Shown here: positions 39,150-49,721 of the stretch, piece after piece
Position numbering within the stretch: position 1 is the stretch's first letter
How the letters are laid out: each line of letters begins with the position of its first letter
Assembly (NCBI GenBank): GCA_031291995.1
Contig: JARLHZ010000010.1
Span: 37,155 to 101,154, forward strand
DNA length: 64,000 nt
Reading direction: 5' to 3'
Source of the DNA: Candidatus Doudnabacteria bacterium
GTDB lineage: Bacteria; Patescibacteriota; Doudnabacteria; UBA920
Position numbers and translations under genes: made by a program
Notes under the pieces: generated by a model
Seen by the model: the letters and a program-made list of their open reading frames with translations, nothing else
Database searches by the model: none
Told to the model about the DNA's origin: nothing

Positions 39150-41546
39150 CTATTCTGCCAATTTAGCCCCGGGCAGGGTTTTATAATAGTCCTTAAACAC
39201 TAAAGCGTAAGGTTTATCCAGTTTTTGATCAATAACATAGATGTCTTCCAGCTCGTCAGTATAAAAAAACTTTAATACTTCATGAAAATTCAATAAAGCC
39301 TTAGGCAGGGCATAATCGTTAAAAGCGTTATTTAAGGTTTTCCCCAGCGCTTCCTGGTACGGATGGGTAAACTGGTCAAAAGGCAGGCGGCATACTATCA
39401 ACCTTTTTACCGCCAGTTTGCCGACCGGCTCCACCGGGTTTTGCGCGGCCAAATGTTTAAGGATAAATTTATCGGTACATAGCAGGAGGCTGTTTTTATG
39501 AATAGAGAAGTTCCGAAAGATTTTATTGCTGCCGCCGGAATTATTTTGAACAAGCAGGGAAGCAAAGCTTTTTAACTCTTGATATGTCTGGTCATAAAAT
39601 TCCCGGACTTGAACTTGGCCGGCAAATAAAATCGCGGCCGGCAGAACATCGGCATCGGAGATCAATTCCCGAAGTTTATCCTGCGTTGCGCCCGCGGCCA
39701 GGCAATGGAAAGTAATACCCGCCTGTTTTTTTGCCAGACTCTTTTTCTCCCCGGAAAATAAGTCCCCTTGTTTTGCCGGCAAGGCTTTGCGCTTGGAACC
39801 GATAAACTCCACCGTGCCGCGATCAAAATCCTCCAAACCCAAACGAGCAATAAAAAAATCGGTAACGACCGCGTTATCCAGCGAATCGGCAAAACTAATG
39901 GAGACAAAAGGCCGGAGCGTTTTGCCCACCAGATCTTTAATATCCAGCGGCATGCTCAAAAACGCGCAGCGATTTTCCGCCAGTTCAATCCATTTAACAC
40001 GGTTTTCCTGCTGAGTAAAAAAATCCTCCAGGTTTAAAATAAATTTTTCGATTATCGCGGATTTAAAAACTTTATTGTGTTTGGCCAGCTTGACCGTATA
40101 ATTTTCCGCGGAATTTTTAATCTTCTGGTATTTTTCGTCATATTCGCTCTGTTCCGAAATTTTATAATACTGGAAGGTCGGGGGGTTGGTCTGGAGCAGG
40201 GCGCTTGCCAGCCCAAAAAATAAATCGCCGTCGGCCAAGGCCTGACTGACAGTCACCGCGTACTTTTCCAGGCCAAAGCCGCCTTCGGGGTCAAAATATG
40301 ATTTTAGTAAATAATTAATATAACCCCAGCTGACCTTGCTCCCCATATCGGCCGTGATTATTCTTTCAAATTCATTTAAGCCGCAAATAACCGTCTTGCG
40401 CTTTGTGTAATAGCCAAGGCTTGAAAGCTGCAGGAAAACTTCCTGGTCGCAGGCGATAAGCCCTTCGGCCTCCTGTCCGTTAAGTTCTCCTCCGCTGATA
40501 AGTTCCTTAAACTGGCCGCCAAAAAAAGACAAATTCAAATCCATAAATGTTTCGGTTTGCCAGTTCGTCTGGCGCCAGACCAAAACTTTCAGAATAAATT
40601 TAATTTGTTCAACCGATAAATTTTTTTGTTTTATCAGGGATTCAAACTTATTTTCGTTAAATGTCTGCTCCGGCAGAAAAATTGGTTTGGCCACTAATTT
40701 TTGGCGGTATAATTCCAAAACCTGCCTGGATTTTGGGATAACCAGGAGAGACTTGGCCTGTTGATTCGCCAGCGACAAGGCTAACCATGGAACGTAATCC
40801 GCGGCTAAAGAAAAATTATAAACCCGTTTTCCTTCGAGTTTAAAAACCCCGGATTTTGGCGCGATTTCCCGCGACCGGTCAGAAATTATTGGAAAACTCC
40901 AGGCGGGAAGATTAATATCCAGCAAGGGACTCCAGGTAAAATTGTACGGCTCAATAAATGACGCGATTTGCTTTTTTAGTTTATCCGGCAGACCCCGATA
41001 CAGCTGTAAAAGTTTCTCCAATAATTTTAGAGTCGCTTTGCTGTCGGCAAGGGCGCGATGGGCGTCTTTATGTTCAATGCCAAAAGTATGCATCAAGTTT
41101 TCCAAATTATAGCTGTGATGTGTCGGCAGCAGCCATTGCACCAAGTCCAATGTATCGATTGATTCTCCGGAAAACTTTATGCCAAAACCCTGTAAAAATT
41201 TTATATCAAAAGCAATATTGTGCCCGACAATTACGGCATCCTTAAGAAGTTCCTGCAGTTCATCGCGATGCTCCGAAAATGGTTCCGCGTTATCCAACTC
41301 CGCCTGTCTTATTCCGGTCAACCCCAAAATATTTGCCGGCACTTCGCCATGGGGTTTAAATACCCTGCTATACTCTTTGGCAATCTTAATTCGCGCCGGC
41401 TTCGCACCGGTCCCGTTTTTCGTGTCCGGCTTCGTGTCAAATTCAAAAAACACGAAGCCTATTTCCAAAACCTCATTCTTCAACGGATCAAACCCGCTGG
41501 TTTCAATATCCAAACTGCAATAAATTTTATCCTTTTTTAATGTCAT
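39150..41546 (-). CDS. DEDDh 3'-5' exonuclease fused to a degenerate DinG-like helicase region
   Basis: DIETSG, GHNIAFD, HRALAD; C-terminal RLPF and YALP remnants; no Walker A or DEAH. Confidence 0.8.
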   Translation of the reverse strand: MTLKKDKIYCSLDIETSGFDPLKNEVLEIGFVFFEFDTKPDTKNGTGAKPARIKIAKEYSRVFKPHGEVPANILGLTGIRQAELDNAEPFSEHRDELQELLKDAVIVGHNIAFDIKFLQGFGIKFSGESIDTLDLVQWLLPTHHSYNLENLMHTFGIEHKDAHRALADSKATLKLLEKLLQLYRGLPDKLKKQIASFIEPYNFTWSPLLDINLPAWSFPIISDRSREIAPKSGVFKLEGKRVYNFSLAADYVPWLALSLANQQAKSLLVIPKSRQVLELYRQKLVAKPIFLPEQTFNENKFESLIKQKNLSVEQIKFILKVLVWRQTNWQTETFMDLNLSFFGGQFKELISGGELNGQEAEGLIACDQEVFLQLSSLGYYTKRKTVICGLNEFERIITADMGSKVSWGYINYLLKSYFDPEGGFGLEKYAVTVSQALADGDLFFGLASALLQTNPPTFQYYKISEQSEYDEKYQKIKNSAENYTVKLAKHNKVFKSAIIEKFILNLEDFFTQQENRVKWIELAENRCAFLSMPLDIKDLVGKTLRPFVSISFADSLDNAVVTDFFIARLGLEDFDRGTVEFIGSKRKALPAKQGDLFSGEKKSLAKKQAGITFHCLAAGATQDKLRELISDADVLPAAILFAGQVQVREFYDQTYQELKSFASLLVQNNSGGSNKIFRNFSIHKNSLLLCTDKFILKHLAAQNPVEPVGKLAVKRLIVCRLPFDQFTHPYQEALGKTLNNAFNDYALPKALLNFHEVLKFFYTDELEDIYVIDQKLDKPYALVFKDYYKTLPGAKLAE

Positions 41547-41732
41547 AACTGCCTAATTTTACCACACCCCCGCCAATAAAAAAACCCACCCAAACTTAGG
41601 TAGCAGGTCCAATTGCTAGACCATCTCGGAACAGGTGGAAAACCTTTTTGGGCTTTGGCAAGAGATATTTATTTTACGATGATTAAAAATTCTGAAATCA
41701 AATTTGCTATAGCCGCCAAGTTAAAAAGATAT

Positions 41733-43584
41733 TTAAAGATAGCCATTCCTGCTTTTCTCTTCCAAGGCATTTGCTAAAGGAGAATCTAGATTAAGAACCA
41801 CCCATCTTTTTTGTCCACCATGATACAATGTGTTCCATTTCATTGCCATAGGAATTCTTTTAGCGGCTATTGCTTCCTCAGGAGTTTGCCAGTGAGCGTC
41901 GTTTGTTTGAATGGCTTGCTCTAAAATTTGGTCTTCTGCTCGATTTAATCTTTCAACTTGCACCGAATACAATTCTCTGTTTGGACCTTTGGGATTTATT
42001 CGTTGGTCAGATATTCTTAGAACCTCCATTGCAAAATGTATGTCAGCCAAGTCTAAACTGCTTGCATCTGACTTTTTTATCATCTGGACAATCCGCATGG
42101 CATCTTGTTCGGTTGGCTCTTTAAAATCATCAACGAAATGCCCCTTAGAGTCACGCCCTAAAAGAGTCCCGTTATATTCATCTTCAAGTGCTTTTATAGT
42201 AACAGCATTGTCTTTGGGTTCAGCCATTTCTGTTTTGGCGGCAGAAAGCTTCCCTGTTAAGAAGGCATTGTAATCTGATTCTATCTGTTTAACTGTCCCT
42301 CGAGCTTTTTCCGCCAACTCATAAAATTTAGCCTTCAGGTTAATTTCATCGCCAGATTCTGAAAGCTGTTTTATTTCTTGCACGGCCTGAGCCATATCTG
42401 GCCCAGTTTCAGGTAGTCCAATCCTACAAACCTCACTGCTAATAAATTTAAGCTCGTCTGGGATAGTTGAAACTCTTTTAGGCATGGACATGCTCCTTGG
42501 CGGCGGTTTCATTGGGTCAAATGACCCTTCCGGCATTGGAGGACAATCTTGCAATTCCACTTTGTCAGGATATAATTTAATCAACGTTTTAAAAAGTTCT
42601 GCGTAATTTGGACTGTAAACTTCGCTAATCATCAATTCTAGTTTTTCGTCCCTGTTCTGTCTATACCAATCCAGAAATGATGCCATTAGGTGGTATTTTG
42701 TAATCGTCGAGGCATATGGATCGGTACTGCCCGCTTCCATAGTTTGAGCATCAGCCGTAAACAGTTGTTCGAATTTCACCTGGAAAATTTTACCGTCATG
42801 GGAAACCGCATTAGCCAAGGGATGGTCTGAGTGTTCGCCTTTGAGCCAATACTTAAAAGATTCTATAAACCTATCACTTGGATCAACCCCGGCAACCCTT
42901 CTTTCTACCATAGTTGTTAAACCCTCATTATAAAGAATACTGTAAAAATAACTCTCTGGCTCTAGCGTATGGGTGTACTCGTGGACAAATGTATCTTCTG
43001 GAGCTGCGTTGGCACCAGAAATAATATTTATGTTTTTTTTTGACTGCTTTTTTGTCAGTAAAGCCGGCCGTGGTCTCCGTGGCAATATCTTTAGAGGTAG
43101 TTGCTCCGTGAATCAGTATCGGCGGGACTTCCGCCTGGGTTGCTCTTTTATATTTATCTGGCAAAAATTTATCCGCCAGTTCAAAATCTTTTTTATATTC
43201 GCCCTTTTTTAAATAATTCAAAAACCTATCTACGAGTTGTTGGTCGCTTGGCGCAATATCGGGGTCAACATAAACTGTTAAGCCAGTCTCTAATACTTCT
43301 TTTCTGAATTTCCTTTTTATAACCTCGGCGACTTCGGGCTGGGTGCTAAATACTTCGCTTATAACGTTACTACGTTCTAAAATAGAAAGTTCCGCTAATT
43401 CACTTTTTGTTTTTTCGTCATTTTCTAGTAACTCTTTTCTTTTATCCACCTCGTCATTGATAGTAAGGGCTTCTTCATGGTATTCATCCATCTTCGCCCG
43501 TTTTTCAGCATCAGAAAATTGACCAAATTTTTCTTGGTCAACAATTTTGCTAAAGTCGAATTGTTCGTTAGATCCTCTCGGCAT
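41733..43584 (-). pseudogene. Zinc metallopeptidase-motif protein split by a frameshift at an A9 tract
   Basis: ORFs 42928-43584 and 41733-43085 overlap at T9 (43033-43041). A8 would join them into 616 aa containing HEYTH...NEG. Confidence 0.7.
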
Positions 43585-43817
43585 ATAACCTTATTTGCTA
43601 TATTATATACCTTTTTGGTCGTATACAAAACCAAAAAGTTTTCCAATTCCCAGTGGATTAGCAAATGGATTTTGAAAAAATTAAAATTTCAATTACTATT
43701 TGTACGCAGTCTAAATATTCATTTGATCTATTCCCAGTGGCGCTTGCATTTGGTAAACTTTAAAGCCCCACATTAGCCGGGGTTTAAAGTGGCTTAATTT
43801 TAGGTCAAAATCAGATT

Positions 43818-43979
43818 TTAATCTTTTTCTATCAGTCCATGTTTTTGCAAAAATTGGACTATCGGCTTGGCGCATTTTAGACAAATAGAATAATGGGGAA
43901 CCGGACTTAAATAACCAATGCTTATTTCATTATCGTATTCAACTTCTTTGAAACAAATATCGCATTTTGTGATATACAT
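43818..43979 (-). CDS. 53-aa CxxC...CxxC small protein (below the ORF-track cutoff)
   Basis: MYITKCDICFKEVEYDNEISIGYLSPVPHYSICLKCAKPIVQFLQKHGLIEKD; hairpin downstream at 43757-43790. Confidence 0.6.
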   Translation of the reverse strand: MYITKCDICFKEVEYDNEISIGYLSPVPHYSICLKCAKPIVQFLQKHGLIEKD

Positions 43980-44035
43980 AAATTTTTGGTTGTTTTTTTA
44001 TAATTGACAAAAAAAATTGAACTGCTATAATTTAA

Positions 44036-44476
44036 TTACTTTTGGGATATACCCACCGATCCGGAGTTTAGGCTCCGGTGATTATTTGGAAACTCGAGCA
44101 ATGTCTCGAGTTTTTGTTTAATTTCAATAAGATCCTTATTTTCCAACGTCGCAAGCCTCCTCTGAAACCTGTTTACATGAAACATTCTAATCTGATACAA
44201 AAGCACAAATTGAGTAACGCCATTAACAAGAACACTTGAAAACCAAGAACCGATTTTTGGTTGAGTAGATAGCGGTATGCCAATAAAACTGACTGACGAC
44301 AACTTCCTAACAACCAAGACAGGCCTTCTAAAAGTAACCCCTTTACCACATGATTCACTGCCGATATTTATTCCAACGGAACACCACCAAATATCCCCAG
44401 ATTTGAAAAGAAATTTTTCAGACCTCCTTTCTAAAGCTTTTTTCTTTTCATTCCAATTATCAAAATCCTTTTGCAT
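44036..44476 (-). CDS. PemK/MazF-family toxin, no adjacent antitoxin
   Basis: KDFDNWN...GDIWWCSVGINIGSE..GK...RPVLV..IPLST...QIR. Confidence 0.85.
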   Translation of the reverse strand: MQKDFDNWNEKKKALERRSEKFLFKSGDIWWCSVGINIGSESCGKGVTFRRPVLVVRKLSSVSFIGIPLSTQPKIGSWFSSVLVNGVTQFVLLYQIRMFHVNRFQRRLATLENKDLIEIKQKLETLLEFPNNHRSLNSGSVGISQK

Positions 44477-44560
44477 TTAGGCCTCCAAACTGTCTATTAA
44501 CAAGCCAGAGGCCACATATTGTGGCCTCTGGGGTCTATAGATTTAAATTTATAAGCCGAC

Positions 44561-45634
44561 TTATTTTACTTCCACTTCATCGGCTACTTCTTCCGTCTGC
44601 TTGACCGGAATTGCGTCGCCCGCTTTAACTTTGTCGCGGACGGCTTTGTCCACGTCTTTAAAGACTTTGGGATTGTCGCGCAAAAATTGTTTGGCTGTTT
44701 CTTTGCCCACGCCAAGTTTCACTTCTCCAAAACTGTGAGTATTGCCGCTTTTTTCTATGACGCCGATGAGTACGCCCGTATCCAATAAATCCCCGGCCGC
44801 GCTAATGCCTTCGTTATACATAATATCGAACTCGGCAATTTTAAACGGCGCGGCAACTTTATTTTTAACTATTTTCGCTTTTACGCGGTTACCGATAATT
44901 TTATCGCCGTTTTTTATTTGCGCGTTGCGGCGCACCTCAATGCGGACGGATGCGTAAAATTTTAACGCGTTGCCGCCGGTCGTTGTTTCCGGATTGCCGA
45001 ACATAACGCCGATTTTCATACGGATCTGGTTGATAAAAATAACTGTTGTGCTGGTTTTGGAAATAATCGCGGTTAATTTGCGCAGCGCCTGGGACATTAG
45101 CCTGGCCTGCAGGCCCATGTGACTGTCGCCCATTTCACCTTCAATTTCGTTGCGAGGAGTCAGCGCGGCGACAGAGTCTATAACAATTAAATCCAGCCCG
45201 TTGGACCGAACCAAAGTTTCGCAAATATCCAAAGCCTGCTCGCCGTTATCAGGCTGTGAAATTAGCAGGTCTTCCAATTTAACGCCGATGCGTTTGGCAT
45301 ATTCGGGATCCAGCGCGTGCTCGGCGTCTATAAAAGCCGCGAGTCCCCCCCGTTTTTGTACTTCGGCTATCATATGCAAAGTTAATGTGGTTTTTCCGGA
45401 TGACTCCGGACCGTATATTTCAATAACCCGCCCCTTGGGAATGCCGCCAACTCCCAGGGCTAAATCCAAACTAATACTGCCCGTGGGAATGGATTCCACG
45501 TCCATGGTTTTGGAATCGGACAGCTTCATAATGCTTCCGGCACCGAACTTTTCCTGGATCTGGTCCATGGCGCTGGTTACGGCTTTCCACTTCCCGGCAT
45601 CAGCCGCCGGCGTTTTTGTTGTTTGTTTCGTCAT
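44561..45634 (-). CDS. recA: Recombinase RecA
   Basis: [29 protein letters not shown]. Confidence 0.99.
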   Translation of the reverse strand: MTKQTTKTPAADAGKWKAVTSAMDQIQEKFGAGSIMKLSDSKTMDVESIPTGSISLDLALGVGGIPKGRVIEIYGPESSGKTTLTLHMIAEVQKRGGLAAFIDAEHALDPEYAKRIGVKLEDLLISQPDNGEQALDICETLVRSNGLDLIVIDSVAALTPRNEIEGEMGDSHMGLQARLMSQALRKLTAIISKTSTTVIFINQIRMKIGVMFGNPETTTGGNALKFYASVRIEVRRNAQIKNGDKIIGNRVKAKIVKNKVAAPFKIAEFDIMYNEGISAAGDLLDTGVLIGVIEKSGNTHSFGEVKLGVGKETAKQFLRDNPKVFKDVDKAVRDKVKAGDAIPVKQTEEVADEVEVK

Positions 45635-45714
45635 AAATTTAGCTTAGCTTATAACAATTGGTTAATAACCGGTAACTGTTATAAGTTATTTATTATAAAT
45701 TACCGATCATAATT

Positions 45715-45743
45715 ATTTTATACGAACGTTCACCTATTGTCAA
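45715..45743 (-). promoter_or_regulatory. recA sigma70 promoter with palindromic operator candidate GGTGAACGTTCGT in the spacer
   Basis: TTGACA-17-TAAAAT; GAACGTTC palindrome. Confidence 0.7.
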
Positions 45744-45761
45744 ACAATGCTTGTGGATAAC

Positions 45762-46718
45762 CTACTTTGGAGCGGGAATAGATGTCGGCAAAGCAGGCGC
45801 GAAAAATGACACATTATTAAGAGGCTCTTTGCTCTTACCCATTGGCCCCAAATTTTGGCCATCCAGCCAAACTACCGTGGCGCCGGCATTGGACGTGGAA
45901 ATAACTATTTTTTGAGCCGCGGTAAAAACTTTACTGTCGCCTGAATTAAAACTGAACGTTTGGGAAGATTGATCGTCGATTGCGGCGTTTAGGGTTACAG
46001 CCGCGCTAAGATCAATTTTTAATGACAGCGGGGTACTGCTGGCTACCGCGGAGCTCGTTATATTTATACTTTGGCTGGCCGTTTTCCCAAATCGGTTGCT
46101 GGCGGTAACCACTATGGTTTTTGGTCCCGGAGTCAGACCGATTTGCGTTTCAAATTTTCCTTTTGCGTCCACAAAAACATTTTCCTTGTTTACCGTAACC
46201 TGGGCAGACGGGTCGGTTTGCCCGGCAACGTCGGTGGAAGATCCGGAAATGACCGAGTTGTTTTGCGGTGAAAAAACCGTCAGGCCCGGCGTTTTATTTA
46301 TCGATAAAACCTGCCAAACTATGTAGGCCACGGTAAGAGCGACAAATAGCATACTGCCGACTAAACTAATAATCTTCGGAGTCACCACCATCTTCCCCAA
46401 AAACCGCCGCTGCCAGGCCGCGGTGGCCTGTCCGGCCGAACGCGCAATCTGCTGGCTTATGCCTTTTTCCTTTTTAAATTGAGCGACCAATTCGTCAGGG
46501 TCGGCCGAGTATAAAACGGCAAGCTGCCGCAAAAAACCAAAAACATAAACATCGGCCGGCAGGCTTTTAAATTCCCCCAGCTCCAGGGCTTCCAAAAATT
46601 TAAGCTTGATGCCTGTTTTTTTTGAAACTTCTTCCAGCGTTAATTCCAAACTGACGCGAGCGGACTTTAAAAATTCGCTTAAAATTTCCGTCTGAATTTT
46701 TTTTCGTTCAAATAACAT
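45762..46718 (-). CDS. RodZ-like HTH membrane protein with Ig-like domains
   Basis: LKSAR..LEALE.G..LPADVYVFGFLR, one TM, SNAG C-terminal motif; downstream of ftsK. Confidence 0.8.
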   Translation of the reverse strand: MLFERKKIQTEILSEFLKSARVSLELTLEEVSKKTGIKLKFLEALELGEFKSLPADVYVFGFLRQLAVLYSADPDELVAQFKKEKGISQQIARSAGQATAAWQRRFLGKMVVTPKIISLVGSMLFVALTVAYIVWQVLSINKTPGLTVFSPQNNSVISGSSTDVAGQTDPSAQVTVNKENVFVDAKGKFETQIGLTPGPKTIVVTASNRFGKTASQSINITSSAVASSTPLSLKIDLSAAVTLNAAIDDQSSQTFSFNSGDSKVFTAAQKIVISTSNAGATVVWLDGQNLGPMGKSKEPLNNVSFFAPALPTSIPAPK

Positions 46719-46862
46719 GCGGGCAATATCAAATTACAAATGTTAAATTACAAACAAAATCCAAATGTCAAAAATCAAATTACTCCGGCATTATAATAAA
46801 TTTGATTTTGATATTTGGATTTTGGTCTTGATTTGAAATTTTAAATTTGTAATTTTTAATTA

Positions 46863-49139
46863 TTATTGTTGTTCCTCTTCAATTCCATACTCCGCTTTTT
46901 CATCGGGCGGAATTACACCATAAACTTCGCGCGGTTTGGCGCCCTCGCCGGGGCCGATAATCCCCTGCCCTTCCAAAATATCCAGCAATCTGGCGGCCCG
47001 CGCGTAACCGACCCGCAAGCGGCGCTGGAGTAATGAAGCCGACGCCTTTCCCGCTCGCTTAACTTCTTCTATTGCTTCGGACAATAACGGATCGTCATCG
47101 TCTCCCCCGCCCTCGCCTTCTCCACCCCCAATACCCAATGCCCGTTTGGGTTTTTCCACCACATCGTCGTTATAAATAACCGCGCCAACCTGCGCTTTAA
47201 AGAAGTCCACGACTTGTTTAACTTCCTTTTCGCCAATATAAGCTCCCTGGATGCGTTTGGGTTTGTTGTATTCGGCGGATGTGTAAAGCATATCGCCGTT
47301 GCCCAAAAGTTTTTCCGCCCCCGAACTGTCTAATATCGTCCGGCTATCGATTTGTGAAGCGACCGCAAAAGCAATGCGGCTGGTAATGTTGGCTTTTATC
47401 AGGCCCGTAATAATATCCACGCTGGGGCGCTGGGTGGCCAGAACCAAATGGATGCCGACGGCGCGCGCCATTTGCGCCAATCTGACAATGGCCGATTCCA
47501 CGTCGGCCTGGGCTACAGCCATCAGATCAGCCAATTCGTCCACCAAAATCACTATATAAGGCAAAGCCAGACCTGCGGCTTCGTTGTATTCCAAAATATT
47601 CCGCTTGCCGGCTTCGGACAAAAGTTTGTAACGGCGATCCATTTCCGCCACCGCCCACTTTAAGGCGTTAACGGCTTTTTCGTTTTCGGTAATTACCGGC
47701 GTCAGCAAATGAGGGATGCCGTTATACAAATTCAGTTCCACCCTTTTCGGGTCCACAACAATAAATTTTACGTCCTGCGGCGTATTGCGGTAAAGCAAAC
47801 CAATAAACAAACTGTTAATGGCCACGCTCTTGCCCGTACCCGTGGCGCCGGCTATCAGCAAGTGCGGCATTTTGGCCAAATCCACCACCATGGGATGGCC
47901 GGCCACGTCGCGGCCCAAAGCCAGGCCGAGTTTGCTCTTGTGGTTTACAAAGTCTGTGGTCTGCATAACTTCGCGCAGGCGCACAATTGCCGTGGATTTG
48001 TTTGGGACTTCAATGCCGACCAAGGCCTTGCCCGGAATGGGTAATTCCATGCGGATGGAATGGGCGGCCAAAGACAGCGCCAAATCGTTCTGCAGCGCGG
48101 CGATTTGCGAAAGTTTTACTCCCACCGCCGGCCTTAAAGTATATTGCGTAACCGTCGGCCCCACGTTGACCTCGCCCATTTCCACGTCTATGCCAAAATC
48201 CGCCAACGTCTTTTTTATGATGGCCACGTTTACTTCGATGTTGCCGCTGTCCACTTCCGCGTGATTGTCGTCAAGTAAATCAAAACCCGGCAGTTTCCAA
48301 TCCTTGCGGTCTTCCAGGGTGATGGCTTCTATTTTTAACCCGTCAACCTTGCCCGCGTTAATTACCTTGGTAATCGGGGTAATGGGCGATTTGGTTTTAA
48401 TATTGGTGTTATTGTTATCGTGATCGTTATCATTTATCCTAGGATTTTTATCCAAAACCCTTTCTTCCACAAATCCTTCTTTGCCCATGGCGTTGATTTT
48501 CAAGACGGCGGGAGCTGCCTTGTCCGCCGCAGCCTTGGCGGCGGCGGATATTTCTTCCTTAGCGTTATCTTCCGACTCGGGTTTTTTGGCAAAAAATTGG
48601 CGCAGGGAAAAATCAAATATTATTAACAGCGAAATAATCGCCAAGGCCGTAAGAATCAAACTCCCCGCCCAAAAACCCAAAAAATTAAACAGGGGCTGGG
48701 AAAAAATCGCGCCCAAATACCCGCCGCCGCGGCCTTCCATGGCCAAATCAAAAGCGCTTAAATCGCTGCTCAAATAAAAAATGTGAACTAATCCGGCAAT
48801 GCTGCCCGCCAGGAGGACGGCGCCAAAATAGACCCGCCAGTAAAATCCGCCGCCGCGGCCGTCTTTTTCCAAATCTTCTTTATAGAGGGAAATGGCAACA
48901 CTTAATAAAATCAGCGGCACGGCATATGCCATTAAGCCGAAGCCCAGCGACAGGGAGCGGAACAAATTGACGCCCAGACTTCCTGCCACGCCGGCAATGC
49001 TTAAGACCACTATTAAAGCCAAAACTATAAAGATTACCACCGCTATCCCGCGCTTGGTTTCACCTGAAAGATTTAACGATGGAGTCGGTATTTTTCTGTC
49101 TTCTTTATCTCTGTCTTTGCCTTTTTTTCTTTTAGCCAT
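46863..49139 (-). CDS. ftsK: DNA translocase FtsK/SpoIIIE
   Basis: Four TM segments, GATGTGKS, DELADLM, ATQRPS, gamma domain LQRRLRVGYARAAR. Confidence 0.98.
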   Translation of the reverse strand: MAKRKKGKDRDKEDRKIPTPSLNLSGETKRGIAVVIFIVLALIVVLSIAGVAGSLGVNLFRSLSLGFGLMAYAVPLILLSVAISLYKEDLEKDGRGGGFYWRVYFGAVLLAGSIAGLVHIFYLSSDLSAFDLAMEGRGGGYLGAIFSQPLFNFLGFWAGSLILTALAIISLLIIFDFSLRQFFAKKPESEDNAKEEISAAAKAAADKAAPAVLKINAMGKEGFVEERVLDKNPRINDNDHDNNNTNIKTKSPITPITKVINAGKVDGLKIEAITLEDRKDWKLPGFDLLDDNHAEVDSGNIEVNVAIIKKTLADFGIDVEMGEVNVGPTVTQYTLRPAVGVKLSQIAALQNDLALSLAAHSIRMELPIPGKALVGIEVPNKSTAIVRLREVMQTTDFVNHKSKLGLALGRDVAGHPMVVDLAKMPHLLIAGATGTGKSVAINSLFIGLLYRNTPQDVKFIVVDPKRVELNLYNGIPHLLTPVITENEKAVNALKWAVAEMDRRYKLLSEAGKRNILEYNEAAGLALPYIVILVDELADLMAVAQADVESAIVRLAQMARAVGIHLVLATQRPSVDIITGLIKANITSRIAFAVASQIDSRTILDSSGAEKLLGNGDMLYTSAEYNKPKRIQGAYIGEKEVKQVVDFFKAQVGAVIYNDDVVEKPKRALGIGGGEGEGGGDDDDPLLSEAIEEVKRAGKASASLLQRRLRVGYARAARLLDILEGQGIIGPGEGAKPREVYGVIPPDEKAEYGIEEEQQ

Positions 49140-49284
49140 ATAAATTTGATGTTTGTTCCCTATTTTCCGTAGTATTCCGTAATCTTTTAATTCTTATTCC
49201 GTAGTTTATTTTAGCACTTTTTTGCCTAACTTAAAACCCCGCCAAAATTTTCACCCCGGATAGTTATAAGATTGCCTAAATAAA

Positions 49285-49500
49285 TTATTTTTCAAAATCC
49301 TCGGCTTTTAAATCTGCCTGCCTTAAAATGGAACTAAAAGTCCCTTTTGGTATTTGTTTCCTGCCGGCCGGGACAATCACGGTTAATATCCGGTTGCCAG
49401 TCTTACGATACTTAATATGACTGCCCTTCTGCGAGGCAAACAAAAAGCCCTGGTTTTCCAGGACTTTTAAAATCTCTTTTGATGAATATAATTTAGGCAT
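49285..49500 (-). CDS. hicA: HicA toxin
   Basis: GFLFASQKGSH...VIVP...IPKGTFSSILRQA. Confidence 0.9.
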   Translation of the reverse strand: MPKLYSSKEILKVLENQGFLFASQKGSHIKYRKTGNRILTVIVPAGRKQIPKGTFSSILRQADLKAEDFEK

Positions 49501-49711
49501 ATGCTACGGACATTTTGGTGAGTTCTGCCTTTTGGATTTTGCTTATTTTTGGCGTTTTTGCGTCTTCAAAATATAGTTCCAAAGCTTCCTGTAAATTTTT
49601 TATAGCTTCCCTTTTAGTCTTGCCAAAGCTGGAAACATCCACGTTCAAACACTGGGCAACATAAAATTTGTCTTCTTTCCAAACTGCCGATTGTAAATTA
49701 ATTTTAGCCAT
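49493..49711 (-). CDS. hicB: HicB antitoxin (short form)
   Basis: YVAQCLNVDVSSFGKTKREAIKNLQEALELYFE; overlaps the hicA start. Confidence 0.9.
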   Translation of the reverse strand: MAKINLQSAVWKEDKFYVAQCLNVDVSSFGKTKREAIKNLQEALELYFEDAKTPKISKIQKAELTKMSVAYA

Positions 49712-49721
49712 AAAATAATAA

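Noticed and set aside
49211-49232. Second CIRCE upstream of ftsK
   Set aside because: Only the TTAGCACT half matches; the spacing and right arm are wrong.
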